From an uncultured virus (IMG/VR IMGVR_UViG_3300005934_000003) (Duplodnaviria; Heunggongvirae; Uroviricota; Caudoviricetes), in the IMG/VR virus record IMGVR_UViG_3300005934_000003: 20,000 nt of DNA. The stretch is one strand, 5' to 3'. Shown here in pieces: positions 9,401-16,300 of the stretch. The translations under genes and the position numbers were made by a program. The notes below the pieces were generated by a model. It worked only from the letters and a program-made list of their open reading frames with translations. It was not told where the DNA came from and did not search any database. The first letter of the stretch is position 1. Each line of letters starts with the position of its first letter.

Positions 9401-9490
9401 ATATAATAAGTCAGTTTCAAAAGCCAAATCCACACCATTACGTATGAGATTTGCCTTAAGCAACGGACCCGAAATACGACCGACGGCCAT
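6419..9490 (-). CDS. Tail fibre/spike-like virion protein (1023 aa) with a central pectin-lyase-like beta-helix
   Basis: SD AAGGAG at 9499-9504. G/N/T-rich, with repeated 'N.I.T..SN.DL.L.PNGTG' shaft units and two 'P.GT...RP.....G..RYNT....E.....W' units. The segment YHVTTNGDD...FLTIKHAL...IPAGVTVVGAGLR is typical of the start of a right-handed beta-helix. Confidence 0.85.
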   Translation of the reverse strand: MAVGRISGPLLKANLIRNGVDLAFETDLLYLDVNNGRVGIKTTSPTHDLQVAGKIYADNLQVGALNQSAGTLQVGNLEFQGNEIRSSLGTIALTPAGNDPVIYHSKIHVDSLELNDNYITTLDSNAPIELRPNGTGTIELVGNTNVSGNLYATGNITAGGNITLGDGNTDNIQIQGEIISDINPDESDKYRLGIPTKRWKSLDSNYANIGTLQLGDNVIQTINSNEDLTIRANGTGKVRIENLLLTEEGNTYHVTTNGDDTEEGTSVDSAFLTIKHALSVATSGDIVKIAAGEFTEVFPMTIPAGVTVVGAGLRATSIKPTAGTNDQNCFYLNEGVVVQDLTVKDMFYNSGLDRGYAFSFNPVVGTINLRSPYLYNITILNRGSVTSATDPYGYAQGDAGRGIKADGQYISRSSIEAALLCNEVTIFAPNQIGIFMTNGVRVEWLNCFTYFCSDGIKAVSGTDGRGGDGKTWFTFTGVSGTGFQPGETVTVTSTDSSSTYNLLVDSVSADGNTIYVDGRYDNLNEQDLTPGDGGSILAGTSGTTATSIVRYSRQEFAAEMRSNGSACVYGIRGVVADGPDVSLRLMSQNFGYIGVGADLTNNLDDVIQTNEVIESNGGKVFFTSVDSKGDYRVGNSFYVNQATGDVTFTAPLTEIASTLGLQFTDGSNTSIINPTKIETGNLRLSGNTFSSTAGGIIIDPIGDNKTTITGDAEITGGIAQITDKDKDTKIVLESALGADEDEINFYAQGNLVATIDKDKFSATQFEVDLVRLVNNSLQTYQNNDNLEIFAHGTGYVDFVDTNAFKVPSGTTADRPGSPVNGMFRYNTSSNVFELYSQGFWNAVGGSVSGVVDQNLDTFITAELTPGTNDDTFRFYNGGVLKADLNSTRFNTGRIHTSIISTEAGNTDLTLAPNGTGKLIIGDLHFNPGTNTITNTNSNGVTTLDVTDEGYWDFAGTYGVRVPTGTLNERPTSNLAAGLMRYNTTQGRLEIWTGATWGSVVGSGGGATLAEAEELSIVSALLFG

Positions 9491-9505
9491 TGTCTATTCT
9501 CCTTT

Positions 9506-9590
9506 AGCGGGCATCCTGTGCCTCCAACTACCTTACATAGCGAGTTGACCACTGTTTGTCCTTGCAACTGAAAGGTCGTTTTAATTGCAA
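9506..9590 (-). ncRNA. Putative structured cis-regulatory 5' leader (hairpin plus three-way junction)
   Basis: Minus-strand pairings: TTGCAATT/AGTTGCAA, AGTG(G)/(C)CGCT, TCAACT/AGTTGG and GGCA/TGCC. It fills the space between a TAAATA promoter and the SD. Confidence 0.5.
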
Positions 9591-9597
9591 TTAATGT

Positions 9598-9605
9598 TAT
9601 TTATG
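9598..9605 (-). promoter_or_regulatory. T4-late-type promoter CATAAATA
   Basis: One mismatch to the T4 late consensus TATAAATA, located in an intergenic gap upstream of the fibre genes. Confidence 0.7.
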
Positions 9606-9632
9606 CCAAAGTGAAAAAAGGTTTAAGATAGA

Positions 9633-10106
9633 CTATCTATCGAAGTTATGAATAACTGTTACGTCTTTACCGAAAGGAACAGCAGAATCAAATCTAATTA
9701 GTTTACCACTACCGCCCTGTATAAGTGTGTAGTTAACACCTGCAATTTGTACAACGTTTTCAACAAGTACAAGTACATTTTCTGCGGCTTTTGGTGTTGG
9801 GTTTAATGGACCAAAGTCAGTGATATTAGCATCGCCTGTACCAAGGTTTTGTACAATAATGTTACCTGCTCTGTCAGTTCTTAATGTTTCCCAGTTGTTG
9901 TTTGTGTATACTTCTAGGTCGTTAATATCTGTGTTATATCTAATTGTACCATTTAACGGAGTAGAAGGTCTATCATCAGTTGTACCAACAGACACTTGAA
10001 TACCACCTCGGCCGCCGCCGAATGATACGTTACCGTTGATATCAACAAAAACTGTTTTATCAACTACAAACTTATTCTTTAAAAATGCCTGTTTAACAAA
10101 TCGCAT
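9633..10106 (-). CDS. Virion structural/fibre-associated protein (157 aa)
   Basis: Contains VSVGTTDDRPSTPLNGTIRYNTDINDLEVYTNNNW, the same unit found twice in the 1023-aa protein, followed by a small beta-domain (NVLVLVENVVQ...YTL...IRFDSAVP). Confidence 0.8.
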   Translation of the reverse strand: MRFVKQAFLKNKFVVDKTVFVDINGNVSFGGGRGGIQVSVGTTDDRPSTPLNGTIRYNTDINDLEVYTNNNWETLRTDRAGNIIVQNLGTGDANITDFGPLNPTPKAAENVLVLVENVVQIAGVNYTLIQGGSGKLIRFDSAVPFGKDVTVIHNFDR

Positions 10107-10110
10107 AATC

Positions 10111-10458
10111 TTACACCTGGATTGTAGATACCATATAGTTTACTGTCGCTGGTGAAGTAGTTTGTGCTTGAACTCTGTCTCCGTTTTCTAGCACGATTCT
10201 TTCAGAATCCATAATAAATGTTTCACCTGCTGGTATCTTTACCTGGTGCAAAATTTTGTTTTCATCTGAAAAGGCATCACCGTTTTTAACAATGTGTAAA
10301 TCTAAAAAAGTGTCAGCGTCTGTTAACACAGAACCACCACCTGAAATATTATCTGTATCTGCATAGTTACAGAAAATCATAGATGTTACAGCATTATCAC
10401 CACTGCTGGTGTATAAAGTTGTTATAGTTGCGTCAATAAATCCGTTCGATATTGCCAT
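10111..10458 (-). CDS. Small beta-rich virion protein (115 aa), paralog of 6086..6415
   Basis: Starts 8 nt after the stop of the 313-aa gene and shares the pattern described for the 109-aa protein. Confidence 0.8.
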   Translation of the reverse strand: MAISNGFIDATITTLYTSSGDNAVTSMIFCNYADTDNISGGGSVLTDADTFLDLHIVKNGDAFSDENKILHQVKIPAGETFIMDSERIVLENGDRVQAQTTSPATVNYMVSTIQV

Positions 10459-10466
10459 ATTCTTTC

Positions 10467-11408
10467 CTAAAACAGCATACCCATAAGTAATGCTTTTTTC
10501 TTACTAACAAGTTCATCTCTTGTACTAGATGTATTTACAAAAAATAGACCAGAACCGCCCACATCTTCGGATTGGGCATACAACTTAATTCTGCCACTAT
10601 CAGCCGCTGGAGCAGTAGGACTTACAGTTCCTTCAATGGATAATACGTCTCTTACCACCACTTCTGCACTGCCATTTGACTCTAAAAACAGCGAATCACC
10701 TGATGTAACAGGTCTTATAATAGTACCGTCTAATTCTAAATCACCTAGTATAATTTTTTGATTGTTTATTTCAACCCTTAAAATGCCATCAACTTCAGCA
10801 ATAACTCTACTGTAAGGGTCGCCTGATTGTAAATCCTGTACTTCAACTTTGGTATTATCACTTCTAATAATTGGAATTTGAACACCACCTTGGATAGCAT
10901 CATCAACATATTTTTTATTAACTAGATCATCGTCTGTTAGACCTAATTCATAATCTGTTGTTCCTCTAACACTAATCTTTGCAGTAGGAGCCTTGGTTCC
11001 TAATAAAATTAAATCATCACCGTTAGTTGAAATATGATGTGTTTGTATTGCTGTTAGATTGTTACCTGTTTTAAAAGTAAAAATACCCTGACCAGCGCCA
11101 CCATTGGGTAGTGTGTATGATGCATTTTCTTCCCAAAGTACTGTTGCGTCATCAATAGTACCTCTATCAATTCTAACACCAGCAGTGCCTAGTGTAACAC
11201 CAGCACCTGTTTCGCCATCGTTAATAGTGATTTCATTATCTTGAATTACCAACTGTTCTGTGCTTACGTTTGTATTAGTACCTTCAACAATTAAGTTACC
11301 TGTAACTCTTGTTGTACCTGTACGTGTACCCGTAGATAGCGTTATTTCACCGCCAGAAGCAGTTACAATTGAATAATCTCCAGAAAGTTTTAATACGTCT
11401 TTAGCCAT
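10467..11408 (-). CDS. Fibre-like virion structural protein (313 aa)
   Basis: Shaft-like motifs (VTGNLIVEGTNTNV, IQDNEITIN, AGVRIDRG, DDDLVNKKYVDD) and a hydrophobic C-terminus KKALLMGMLF. Confidence 0.8.
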   Translation of the reverse strand: MAKDVLKLSGDYSIVTASGGEITLSTGTRTGTTRVTGNLIVEGTNTNVSTEQLVIQDNEITINDGETGAGVTLGTAGVRIDRGTIDDATVLWEENASYTLPNGGAGQGIFTFKTGNNLTAIQTHHISTNGDDLILLGTKAPTAKISVRGTTDYELGLTDDDLVNKKYVDDAIQGGVQIPIIRSDNTKVEVQDLQSGDPYSRVIAEVDGILRVEINNQKIILGDLELDGTIIRPVTSGDSLFLESNGSAEVVVRDVLSIEGTVSPTAPAADSGRIKLYAQSEDVGGSGLFFVNTSSTRDELVSKKKALLMGMLF

Positions 11409-11436
11409 TTGTACAAAGGATCCCTTATAACATACT

Positions 11437-11443
11437 TATTTAG
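11437..11443 (-). promoter_or_regulatory. T4-late-type promoter (TTGA)CTAAATA
   Basis: TAAATA core immediately after a terminator and 28 nt upstream of the 313-aa gene start. Confidence 0.65.
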
Positions 11444-11445
11444 TC

Positions 11446-11478
11446 AAGAGAAAAGGGCAAAGCGAATTTGCCCTCTTC
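11446..11478 (-). terminator. Intrinsic terminator after the 148-aa gene
   Basis: Minus strand AGGGCAAA-TTCGC-TTTGCCCT followed by TTTCTCTT. Confidence 0.8.
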
Positions 11479-11500
11479 CCGAGTTTTGATAAAACTACGA

Positions 11501-11947
11501 TTATGCGTTAGCGAAATCGTCGTCATCAACTCCAGCCAAGTCGTCGTCACCAGCCTCTTCAACTTGTGCCGCGCCATCGCTCAAGTTAGCAGTAAAGTTC
11601 CAAGCAACTGACTTACCGTCATATGCGTTAGATCCTGTGCCATCTGGAGCCTCTAGAGTTGCTTTACGTCCTGAAATTTTAGAAACTTGATAAGTTTCTG
11701 AATCGTCCATTAACATAGTGATACCCATTTCACCAGCCACTAGTGCTGACATTAGTTTACCAGTTGTTAATGTGCAAGTGTATTCAGTGTCTGAAGCACC
11801 AATTTCTGCTACTACAAACTTCTTGCTACCTTTTTGCTTTACGATGTGACCTTCAACAACTGCTGTGCCGTTGTGGAAATCAACTTTAATTTCATTTCCG
11901 CCCGCAGTCGGTTCGCCGAAGTATCTTTTATTAAGTGGTCTACCCAT
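11501..11947 (-). CDS. Hypothetical protein (148 aa, MGRPLNKRYFG...), probably an abundant virion protein
   Basis: Strong SD AAGGAG at 11955-11960, own late promoter and own terminator, located close to the MCP gene, with an acidic C-terminal tail. The function is inferred from context only. Confidence 0.8.
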   Translation of the reverse strand: MGRPLNKRYFGEPTAGGNEIKVDFHNGTAVVEGHIVKQKGSKKFVVAEIGASDTEYTCTLTTGKLMSALVAGEMGITMLMDDSETYQVSKISGRKATLEAPDGTGSNAYDGKSVAWNFTANLSDGAAQVEEAGDDDLAGVDDDDFANA

Positions 11948-11968
11948 TTGTTTTCTCCTTTATAAGAA

Positions 11969-12046
11969 GTCCGATCCGGGTTCTATCCGGTACGCAGTGG
12001 GTTAATACTGCATAAGTCCATCACTTATTGATGGAACATATCTGAC
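11969..12046 (-). ncRNA. Putative four-way-junction (cloverleaf-like) leader RNA, 78 nt
   Basis: Closing stem GTCAGAT/ATCGGAC (one A.G mismatch) encloses three arms: TCCATCA-ATAAG-TGATGGA, TATGCAGT-ATTAACCC-ACTGCGTA and CCGG-ATAGAAC-CCGG. Confidence 0.65.
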
Positions 12047-12050
12047 AACG

Positions 12051-12057
12051 TATTTAG
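12051..12057 (-). promoter_or_regulatory. T4-late-type promoter CTAAATA overlapping the stop of the 91-aa gene
   Basis: TAAATA core 4 nt upstream of the first base of the cloverleaf. Confidence 0.65.
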
Positions 12058-12329
12058 TCTACTCTTGTGAATAAGTGTAATAAGTGTGTTTGCGAGAACA
12101 ATTTTATTGCTTCGTTTATTTTGTTGGCTTGATCTTGATGCTTTATTGCTAAATGATCGCTAGGACGTCTTCTAATATCTATTTCAATGTCTGAAAGTTT
12201 TCTTACTTCGCTTTGTATTGATGAACAAAATTTTATAATATTAAATTTAAACTCAGGAGCGGTCTTACCTAATTCTCTAAGTTCCTGTTCAATGCCTTGC
12301 CAATCCAGTGATGTCACTAGTTGTTTCAT
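12054..12329 (-). CDS. Hypothetical helical protein (91 aa), probably leaderless
   Basis: ORF fills the gap after the MCP terminator. It has no SD, and TAAATA lies 5 nt before the ATG. Confidence 0.7.
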   Translation of the reverse strand: MKQLVTSLDWQGIEQELRELGKTAPEFKFNIIKFCSSIQSEVRKLSDIEIDIRRRPSDHLAIKHQDQANKINEAIKLFSQTHLLHLFTRVD

Positions 12330-12334
12330 AACTG

Positions 12335-12342
12335 TATTTAAG
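12335..12342 (-). promoter_or_regulatory. T4-late-type promoter CTTAAATA
   Basis: TAAATA core directly after the U-tract of the MCP terminator. Confidence 0.65.
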
Positions 12343-12344
12343 TC

Positions 12345-12375
12345 AAAAAAATAGGGCGACCTAAGCCGCCCTATT
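12345..12375 (-). terminator. Intrinsic terminator after the major capsid gene
   Basis: Minus strand AATAGGGCGGC-TTAG-GTCGCCCTATT followed by TTTTT. Confidence 0.9.
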
Positions 12376-12399
12376 CTAATTACGTTATCTTCGTATGGA

Positions 12400-13572
12400 T
12401 TACGAGAAAGATACGTTAGCAGAAGTGATTGACACTTTGCCTAAGTAATCTGCCGCGTTACCTAATGAAGAAGCAGTATTTGAAAGTTCAATGTAACCGT
12501 AACGTGTCATAAAGCCAACAACTGGTTCAAAAGTTGCTGGATCTAATACAACGCCTGAAGACATTAGAGGAATGTATGGGCAATAGAACGCCGCCGCATC
12601 AGCCTCTGATGAACCTTTGTAACCAACTAATACTTGGTTGTCGTCTTGACCTGAATCAGCCAAGTAAGCGTCAACGAATACTTTCATTGCGCCGTTTAAC
12701 GTACCAACCATTTTAGTGTTAGTAGGTGCTTCGAACGTACCTTCAGTTGTTCTTGCAAACGCTGAAGTAGTCGCAGATTGTAGGATAGTTAATGCTTGGT
12801 TTGAAACCACTGCAAAATTACCTGCACCACGTCTTGTTCTAGCCGCGATCTTGTTAGCAACTCTGTTAATTTGAATTGCCAATGCCGCGTGTTCATCACC
12901 AACGAAAGTTGCAGTACCAGATACTGCCGCTTGGTTGTATGTTTCTTCTACAGAAGCAAGTGATCTCAATGAAGCAAGGATCTCTTGGTCGATCTCAGTA
13001 GTAATTTCCTGAGCAAGAGCGGCCATAATTTCCGCTTCAACATCGATACCTTGTTGTGCTTGAGCATCTTGTGCCGCTTCAAAAGTCCAACGAGCAGATA
13101 GTTTACGAGTTTTCGCCTCTACTGCTTGTTTTAAGATTTGAATCGACATTTTCTTACCAGGTGTACCTTCTAACGCCGCAGTGTTATCTGCTTTGTTTGA
13201 AGTTTCGTTACCTGAGTAACCTTCTGCGATTTTGAATGGTGAAAGTGCTTCTTCACCTGCTACCGCTGTGTCATATGACTCAGCATAGCGTACTCTTAGT
13301 GTGTGGATTTGACCCACAGGGCCTGTCATAGGTTGTACACCAACGATTTCGTTGGCGATAACTGTAGGCATAACCCTTCTGATTACTGGTAGAATGACTC
13401 TGTTTAGAGTTGCTACATTGCCAGCCGAAGTTGCGCCGCTTGAAGCCGCCTCAGCGAGATACTTGCGAGTGTTCTCGAGAGTGACATCCATTACGCTCTT
13501 CTTGTGACCATTTAGACCTTCTAATAGAGCAGTTTTCGTTTCTGACCAGTTGTTATTGATAACATCTGACAT
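12400..13572 (-). CDS. g23: Major capsid protein, T4 gp23-like (390 aa)
   Basis: Motifs LPVIRRVMP..IANEIVGVQPMTGPVGQI, VEAKTRKLSARWTFEAAQD, EITTEIDQEI, FYCPYIPL and FEPVVGFMTRYG. Located after the gp21 and gp22 genes, with SD AAGGAG. Confidence 0.97.
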   Translation of the reverse strand: MSDVINNNWSETKTALLEGLNGHKKSVMDVTLENTRKYLAEAASSGATSAGNVATLNRVILPVIRRVMPTVIANEIVGVQPMTGPVGQIHTLRVRYAESYDTAVAGEEALSPFKIAEGYSGNETSNKADNTAALEGTPGKKMSIQILKQAVEAKTRKLSARWTFEAAQDAQAQQGIDVEAEIMAALAQEITTEIDQEILASLRSLASVEETYNQAAVSGTATFVGDEHAALAIQINRVANKIAARTRRGAGNFAVVSNQALTILQSATTSAFARTTEGTFEAPTNTKMVGTLNGAMKVFVDAYLADSGQDDNQVLVGYKGSSEADAAAFYCPYIPLMSSGVVLDPATFEPVVGFMTRYGYIELSNTASSLGNAADYLGKVSITSANVSFS

Positions 13573-13588
13573 TTTCTGTCTCTCCTTT

Positions 13589-14674
13589 TTAGTTCAATCC
13601 CGCTAATTTGCGGAGTTCAATTAAGTTTGACTTTTCTTCTATTTGTGTTTCTTTGTTGCCTGTAACTTCTGTGCCTTCGTTTAATGCCTTTCTTTCTGCT
13701 CTTGCAGGACTTTCATCCTTCATTACAGCAGGAAGATATTTGTCAAACGCTTTGCCCAACTTTTCAGTTTGGACTGATTCCAAAAGTTCAGACATAATTT
13801 CTTTTTTGTCTTTACCTAATGGAGCCAACAACTCATTCATCACTCTTGTACGCTCTGCTTTGTCAGCCGCCGCTTTAATTTCAGCGTCTTTTGACTCCAC
13901 AATAGTTTCCTTCTCTGTGATTGTTTTCTTAGCCTCTGCCAATGCTTCATCTTTCTCAGCAACGATCTTCATTAACTTCGCAGTTTCTGATTTTTCGTTT
14001 AAGTAAGATGTACCATATTCATTAGCAAACGCTTCGAATATTTTTCTGCCAAAATGGTTTTCACGTGCAGACTTAATGTCTTCTTTCAATTGTGAAAGTT
14101 CAACAGCAAGTTTTTTGTTAACTGCATTTTCTACCACTTTAGCGGACTTTTCGATGAAACGTTGTTTTATTTCAGCGAACTTGTCCTTGGCCTCTTTAAC
14201 AAGTTTAACCTTGGTTTCAGCCAGATCCTTTTTGTCTTCTGCAAACTCGTTGATTTCCTTTGCAAGTTGCTTAACAATAAATGATTCAAGTTTAGCATAG
14301 TTTTCCGATACTTTTTTACGGTCTTCGTTCAACTCACCAACTTCTTGAGCCAATTGTTTCACGACAAATTGTTTTAATAAATCTGAATGTTCACTTACTT
14401 GCTTTTTATAAGCAACTCTTGCCTCAGCAAGTGCTGACTTATCCTCGGCAAATTCAGCAATTTCAGACTCCAACCTCTCGGAAACCATTTTGTCAATCGC
14501 TTCGATCATAACACCTTTGTCGTGTTCGTAGCGTTTTGCAAACTCTTCACGAAGTTCAGCAGTAACAGTGTTTTTGTTCTCTTTAACTTTTTCGTCCCAA
14601 GCACTAGTGATTTGTCCGTGGACTTCTTCACTAATTAAGCCTGTTTCAAATAGTTGTTTAAAAACATCACTCAT
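13589..14674 (-). CDS. g22: Prohead core scaffold protein, T4 gp22-like (361 aa)
   Basis: Long E/K-rich coiled-coil protein between the protease and MCP genes, with SD AAGGAG. Confidence 0.85.
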   Translation of the reverse strand: MSDVFKQLFETGLISEEVHGQITSAWDEKVKENKNTVTAELREEFAKRYEHDKGVMIEAIDKMVSERLESEIAEFAEDKSALAEARVAYKKQVSEHSDLLKQFVVKQLAQEVGELNEDRKKVSENYAKLESFIVKQLAKEINEFAEDKKDLAETKVKLVKEAKDKFAEIKQRFIEKSAKVVENAVNKKLAVELSQLKEDIKSARENHFGRKIFEAFANEYGTSYLNEKSETAKLMKIVAEKDEALAEAKKTITEKETIVESKDAEIKAAADKAERTRVMNELLAPLGKDKKEIMSELLESVQTEKLGKAFDKYLPAVMKDESPARAERKALNEGTEVTGNKETQIEEKSNLIELRKLAGLN

Positions 14675-14690
14675 TGGCTTTCTCCTTATG

Positions 14691-15320
14691 TTACTGCAAG
14701 CCTTTTATGACTCGTAGTATCTGTTCTTGTAGATACTTCTGTGCCTTAGCATCTTTCGATACTTCGTGCGCCATCCTAATCGCACTAAGACCACCTTTTG
14801 TATTCATTAGGTGTTCATAGATGGGAGTTGGATAGGCCCCCGGCGCACTTGGTTGTGCCACCACATCAACTGTGATGATTTCGAAATCGCTAACTTCACC
14901 ACTGGATTCGTTAACATTTCCACTACCCCTAGATGAGACACCTAGTTTAACGCCGCTTTCCAGCATTGTTTTAACTAGGTTACCCATTGGAGTTGGCAAA
15001 ATTTTCATCTTGCCAAACCCGTTAGGACCGTCCATCCACATATCTGTGATCATATGCGAAACACGGTCTAAATTTACCTTTAAATCATCTGGGTGATCTA
15101 CTTCACCAAGAACCGAATAACCACCTGAGATTTGATCCTTTAGGGTCTTTACAGCGTTGCCTATCTCGGAGACAGGGTAAACACGCTGGTTAGCGTTTTT
15201 GACACCACCCTGAATACAAATGCCCTTTAAATAAAGAGATTTATTATCCCCTTCACCTTGTGACTCTAAAGTAACCTTTGCTTGGTCGAATGTCAAATTC
15301 TCACGTAAGTAAGATGCCAT
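14691..15320 (-). CDS. g21: Prohead protease, T4 gp21-like (209 aa)
   Basis: Motifs KNANQRVYP, LGEVDHP (His), LGVSSRGSG (Ser) and DVVAQPSAPGAY (Asp), characteristic of gp21. Confidence 0.96.
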   Translation of the reverse strand: MASYLRENLTFDQAKVTLESQGEGDNKSLYLKGICIQGGVKNANQRVYPVSEIGNAVKTLKDQISGGYSVLGEVDHPDDLKVNLDRVSHMITDMWMDGPNGFGKMKILPTPMGNLVKTMLESGVKLGVSSRGSGNVNESSGEVSDFEIITVDVVAQPSAPGAYPTPIYEHLMNTKGGLSAIRMAHEVSKDAKAQKYLQEQILRVIKGLQ

Positions 15321-15338
15321 TTAGGCTTCCTCCCTTAA

Positions 15339-16247
15339 TTATTCAGCACTCTTTTTAACAGATGCTGGTTTAAAAGTCGAACCTGCTTTTGAACCTGGTT
15401 CATTCTCGTAAGATTTCCCCATATCCTTGGCAGATGCCGTCTTACCGCCCTTTTCTTCTTTGCCTTGGGCAATATTCTTGCCGTCAGCACCAGAGTCGGT
15501 ACCACCTTTCGATGCTACTGGACTGGCTTTGTTATCAGCGCCTTCTTTATTAGATGGAGCAGAAACTTTTTCGACATATTCTCTCATAGTTTCGCCAGCG
15601 GATTTTTCTGTTTGCTCATCTTCTACAGCCACTTCTGGTGTAGCAAGTTCGGCTTCTACTGATTCTTCTTCCTTCTCTTCTTCACCTGCTTCGTCTTCAG
15701 CACCTTCTTCGCCTTCGTCGTCGGCTTTATCACCAACCATAGCGTCAAATTCTGCTTTAAGTTCGTCAAGTGCGTCTTCTAAGTCAACAACACGGTCTTC
15801 TAAATCTTCGTGATCTTCTTCGTGATCATCCATTTTGCCGTCGTCGTTAAAATCGTTGTCACCTTCAGCATCAGCATCAACTGCCGCGATCATATCGTCT
15901 GCTGGGTCACCACCGATTTCTTCGATTGACTCATCTTCGGAAACTTCTTCATCGTCAGTAGATTCTTCAACTTCATCGTCTTTCGCTTCTTCTACAGCGT
16001 CTTCGTCGCTTTCAGTTGCTTCTTCTACTTCGTCTTCTTTTTCTTCAGTTGCTTCTTCAACTGCTTCTTCTTCTTTTTCTGCAGTCTCATCAACTTCCTC
16101 GTCTGCTTTTTCTTCAGACTCGATTAATCCTTGATAGATTTCTTTTGACTTCTCAACAACGATATCGTGAAAAAGTTCTTCTGCTTTTTCTTTTTCTTCG
16201 TTGACAAGAAGGTCTAATAACTGTTCAAATTTTTGTTTATCTGACAT
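15339..16247 (-). CDS. Highly acidic prohead core/internal protein (302 aa), positional analogue of T4 gp67/gp68
   Basis: D/E-rich low-complexity protein directly upstream of gp21, with its own late promoter and SD AAGGAG. Confidence 0.75.
   Translation of the reverse strand: MSDKQKFEQLLDLLVNEEKEKAEELFHDIVVEKSKEIYQGLIESEEKADEEVDETAEKEEEAVEEATEEKEDEVEEATESDEDAVEEAKDDEVEESTDDEEVSEDESIEEIGGDPADDMIAAVDADAEGDNDFNDDGKMDDHEEDHEDLEDRVVDLEDALDELKAEFDAMVGDKADDEGEEGAEDEAGEEEKEEESVEAELATPEVAVEDEQTEKSAGETMREYVEKVSAPSNKEGADNKASPVASKGGTDSGADGKNIAQGKEEKGGKTASAKDMGKSYENEPGSKAGSTFKPASVKKSAE
15915..16110 (-). repeat. Imperfect intragenic tandem repeats encoding about 9-11-aa acidic units (E/A-V-E-E-A/S-T...)
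   Basis: EEVDETAEKEEEAVEEATEEKEDEVEEATESDEDAVEEAKDDEVEESTDDEEVSEDESIEE, with recurring tcttc units in the DNA. Confidence 0.7.
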
Positions 16248-16293
16248 CGTTTTTCTCCTTCATTTGTTTGTTATAGGCAAGGCTGTCAATACA

Positions 16294-16300
16294 TATTTAC
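16294..16300 (-). promoter_or_regulatory. T4-late-type promoter GTAAATA for the core-protease-scaffold-MCP operon
   Basis: TAAATA core in the intergenic gap, directly after a U-tract. Confidence 0.65.

Noticed and set aside
9506..9565. Superficial resemblance of the leader (GGACAAAC...GGTAGTTGG) to a c-di-GMP-I riboswitch
   Set aside because: There is no GNRA-capped P1 stem and no matching tetraloop receptor in the expected arrangement.
11482..11496. Small inverted repeat AGTTTT-N3-AAAACT, and AGATAG-N-CTATCT at 9626-9638
   Set aside because: Both are short, AT-rich and weak, and are expected by chance.
11969..12046. Calling the cloverleaf a tRNA gene
   Set aside because: It has no D-loop GG, no TTC in the T-loop, an 8-nt middle loop and no CCA. 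It is kept only as a tRNA-like leader.
16248..16293. 46-nt leader of the acidic core gene containing GACAGCCTTGCC
   Set aside because: No convincing pairing was found, and a regulatory role cannot be supported without homolog alignments.
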